A stretch of DNA of 62,559 nucleotides, counting the filler, from Sphacelaria rigidula (Eukaryota): the NCBI GenBank assembly GCA_964200075.2. It is 10 parts of 10 records of this genome, joined end to end, with 100 filler letters (N's around TTAATTAATTAA, not from the genome) between each part and the next. Parts side by side here need not be neighbours in the genome. Positions count along the whole stretch, not along the records: positions 56,395 to 62,559 come from CAXNAA020021807.1; 9 more parts are not named here. The stretch is one strand, 5' to 3'. Made by a program: the position numbers and the translations under genes. Shown here piece after piece: positions 61,300 to 62,559 of the stretch (positions are counted from its first letter, which is position 1; each line of letters starts with the position of its first letter). The notes beneath the pieces were generated by a model. It had not been told where the DNA came from, did no database searches, and worked only from the letters and a program-made list of their open reading frames with translations.

Positions 61300-62559
61300 T
61301 TGCGCCTGATGGAGAAGTTGTAAATATTATTTTGGCTTGTAAAGTGGATTATTGCATTTGCGTTATTGAAGATTGTCTTCTCCAGGAGGTGGTCACAGAG
61401 CTCGCCTCGTGTACATAGCAATGTTGTTCTTTGCATGGTGCAGTGTGCCCTTCGGAGCACAAGTGTGTTGAGGTTGGTGCGCTGACGCCCTTGGGCGAAT
61501 CTCCGGTCGTGCGTGAGTGCAGGTATTTATGAACACCGGACGACTTCAGATCAAAGATGACTAGGTCCACTTCTGAACCAAACCACGATCTCCAAGTTTG
61601 TCTTTTGTTAATCCTACATGCGTCTATCATTGCACAGTCATCACCGCTAGTCTGTGGCTGGATTGAACGGTGGTTTGACATCGAGCGAACCGCCGGCAAT
61701 CGTTGCTGTGACGAGTTGTGATGAACACTGAGGGGAGGGAAGTCCGAACGCGTTCTCCAATGCTTCCTCTTCAACAAGCTGAACCACTCTGCAGCGCAGC
61801 GGATGATCGATGTGACCACCTTGCCTCCAATTCGTACCACAGTTTCCCTCCGGTAGTACCGCCCCCTTTTGATGCGGAGAAGTGACGGTATCGCAAACGG
61901 TGGAAGCTATCGGCGCAGTACAGGTGGCGACATTACTTCAGAAGCCCTAATCTGAGGCGAGGACCGTTTATTTATCAGCGCCATTCTCTTGCTTTCCGCA
62001 CGCGTGCAATCAATAATGAATCTCCTAAAGGCCCTCCCGGATTCGTAAAAAATGATGGAGCTCTTGAAAACAAACGTCTTTTTTTGCCTTGAAAGGTTAG
62101 GTAATATATGAAATATTGTACAATAGTTGTTGTACTGTACACAAGAGTATGTACTGACTACTGTACCGTATTCAGCGGCGAGGGAGGTAAATAGGGGTGG
62201 GTCATCCTTGCGTCGAGCGGCTCATGGGTCTGCTACCAGTTTCTTATTTCCCAAGGTTGCAGTGTCGATGGCAGATTTCTTATTCGCTGGGCCTCTTGAA
62301 TCTCTCGATTTCTCATCCTTATTTTCGTCTTGATCTGAGCAAAATTTGTTGTTATCGACTTCTTAAAACCTGGAGAATCTGAGCCTCGATTTCTTAACTG
62401 GTGACTTCTGGCGCAGCTCGGAACTCCCGTGCTTGCATTATTTCCGCCAGTGTCGCTCACAGTTCACGCTTGTTGCAATCTGAAACCAGTTATCATGTGC
62501 TGTATGACCGTATTCTTCCCGACAGCTTGCAGGGTGGTCTGGGGGGGGGGGGGGGGGGG

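Overview
Eukaryotic, repeat-rich DNA, most likely from a brown alga (Phaeophyceae). This assignment is an inference from intron style and from the LINE, SINE and MITE families present. The window is not one locus. It is ten independent contigs of 6167, 6166 (x7) and 6165 (x2) bp, sorted by size and joined by identical 100-bp spacers (N44-TTAATTAATTAA-N44), so adjacency across spacers means nothing. Host genes (all partial, spliced): mitochondrial ribosomal protein uL15m (4 exons, +), an M17 leucyl aminopeptidase (last 2 exons, -) and a coiled-coil protein (4 exons, -). Mobile DNA: two decayed Ty3/gypsy elements (one with an integrase C-terminal chromodomain plus a second Tudor-like domain), APE/RT LINE fragments, a tRNA-derived SINE and several MITE families (TA, TTAA and 8-bp target duplications). 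One TA-type MITE carries a tRNA-like cassette and has a matching empty site in the window. The most notable item is two diverged, decayed copies of a gene with an XPG/FEN-like nuclease followed by a Cys8 finger, the AcademX transposon architecture. A further conserved reading frame follows it, and two other contigs appear to hold the 5' end of the same family. No CRISPR array, rRNA or intact tRNA was found.
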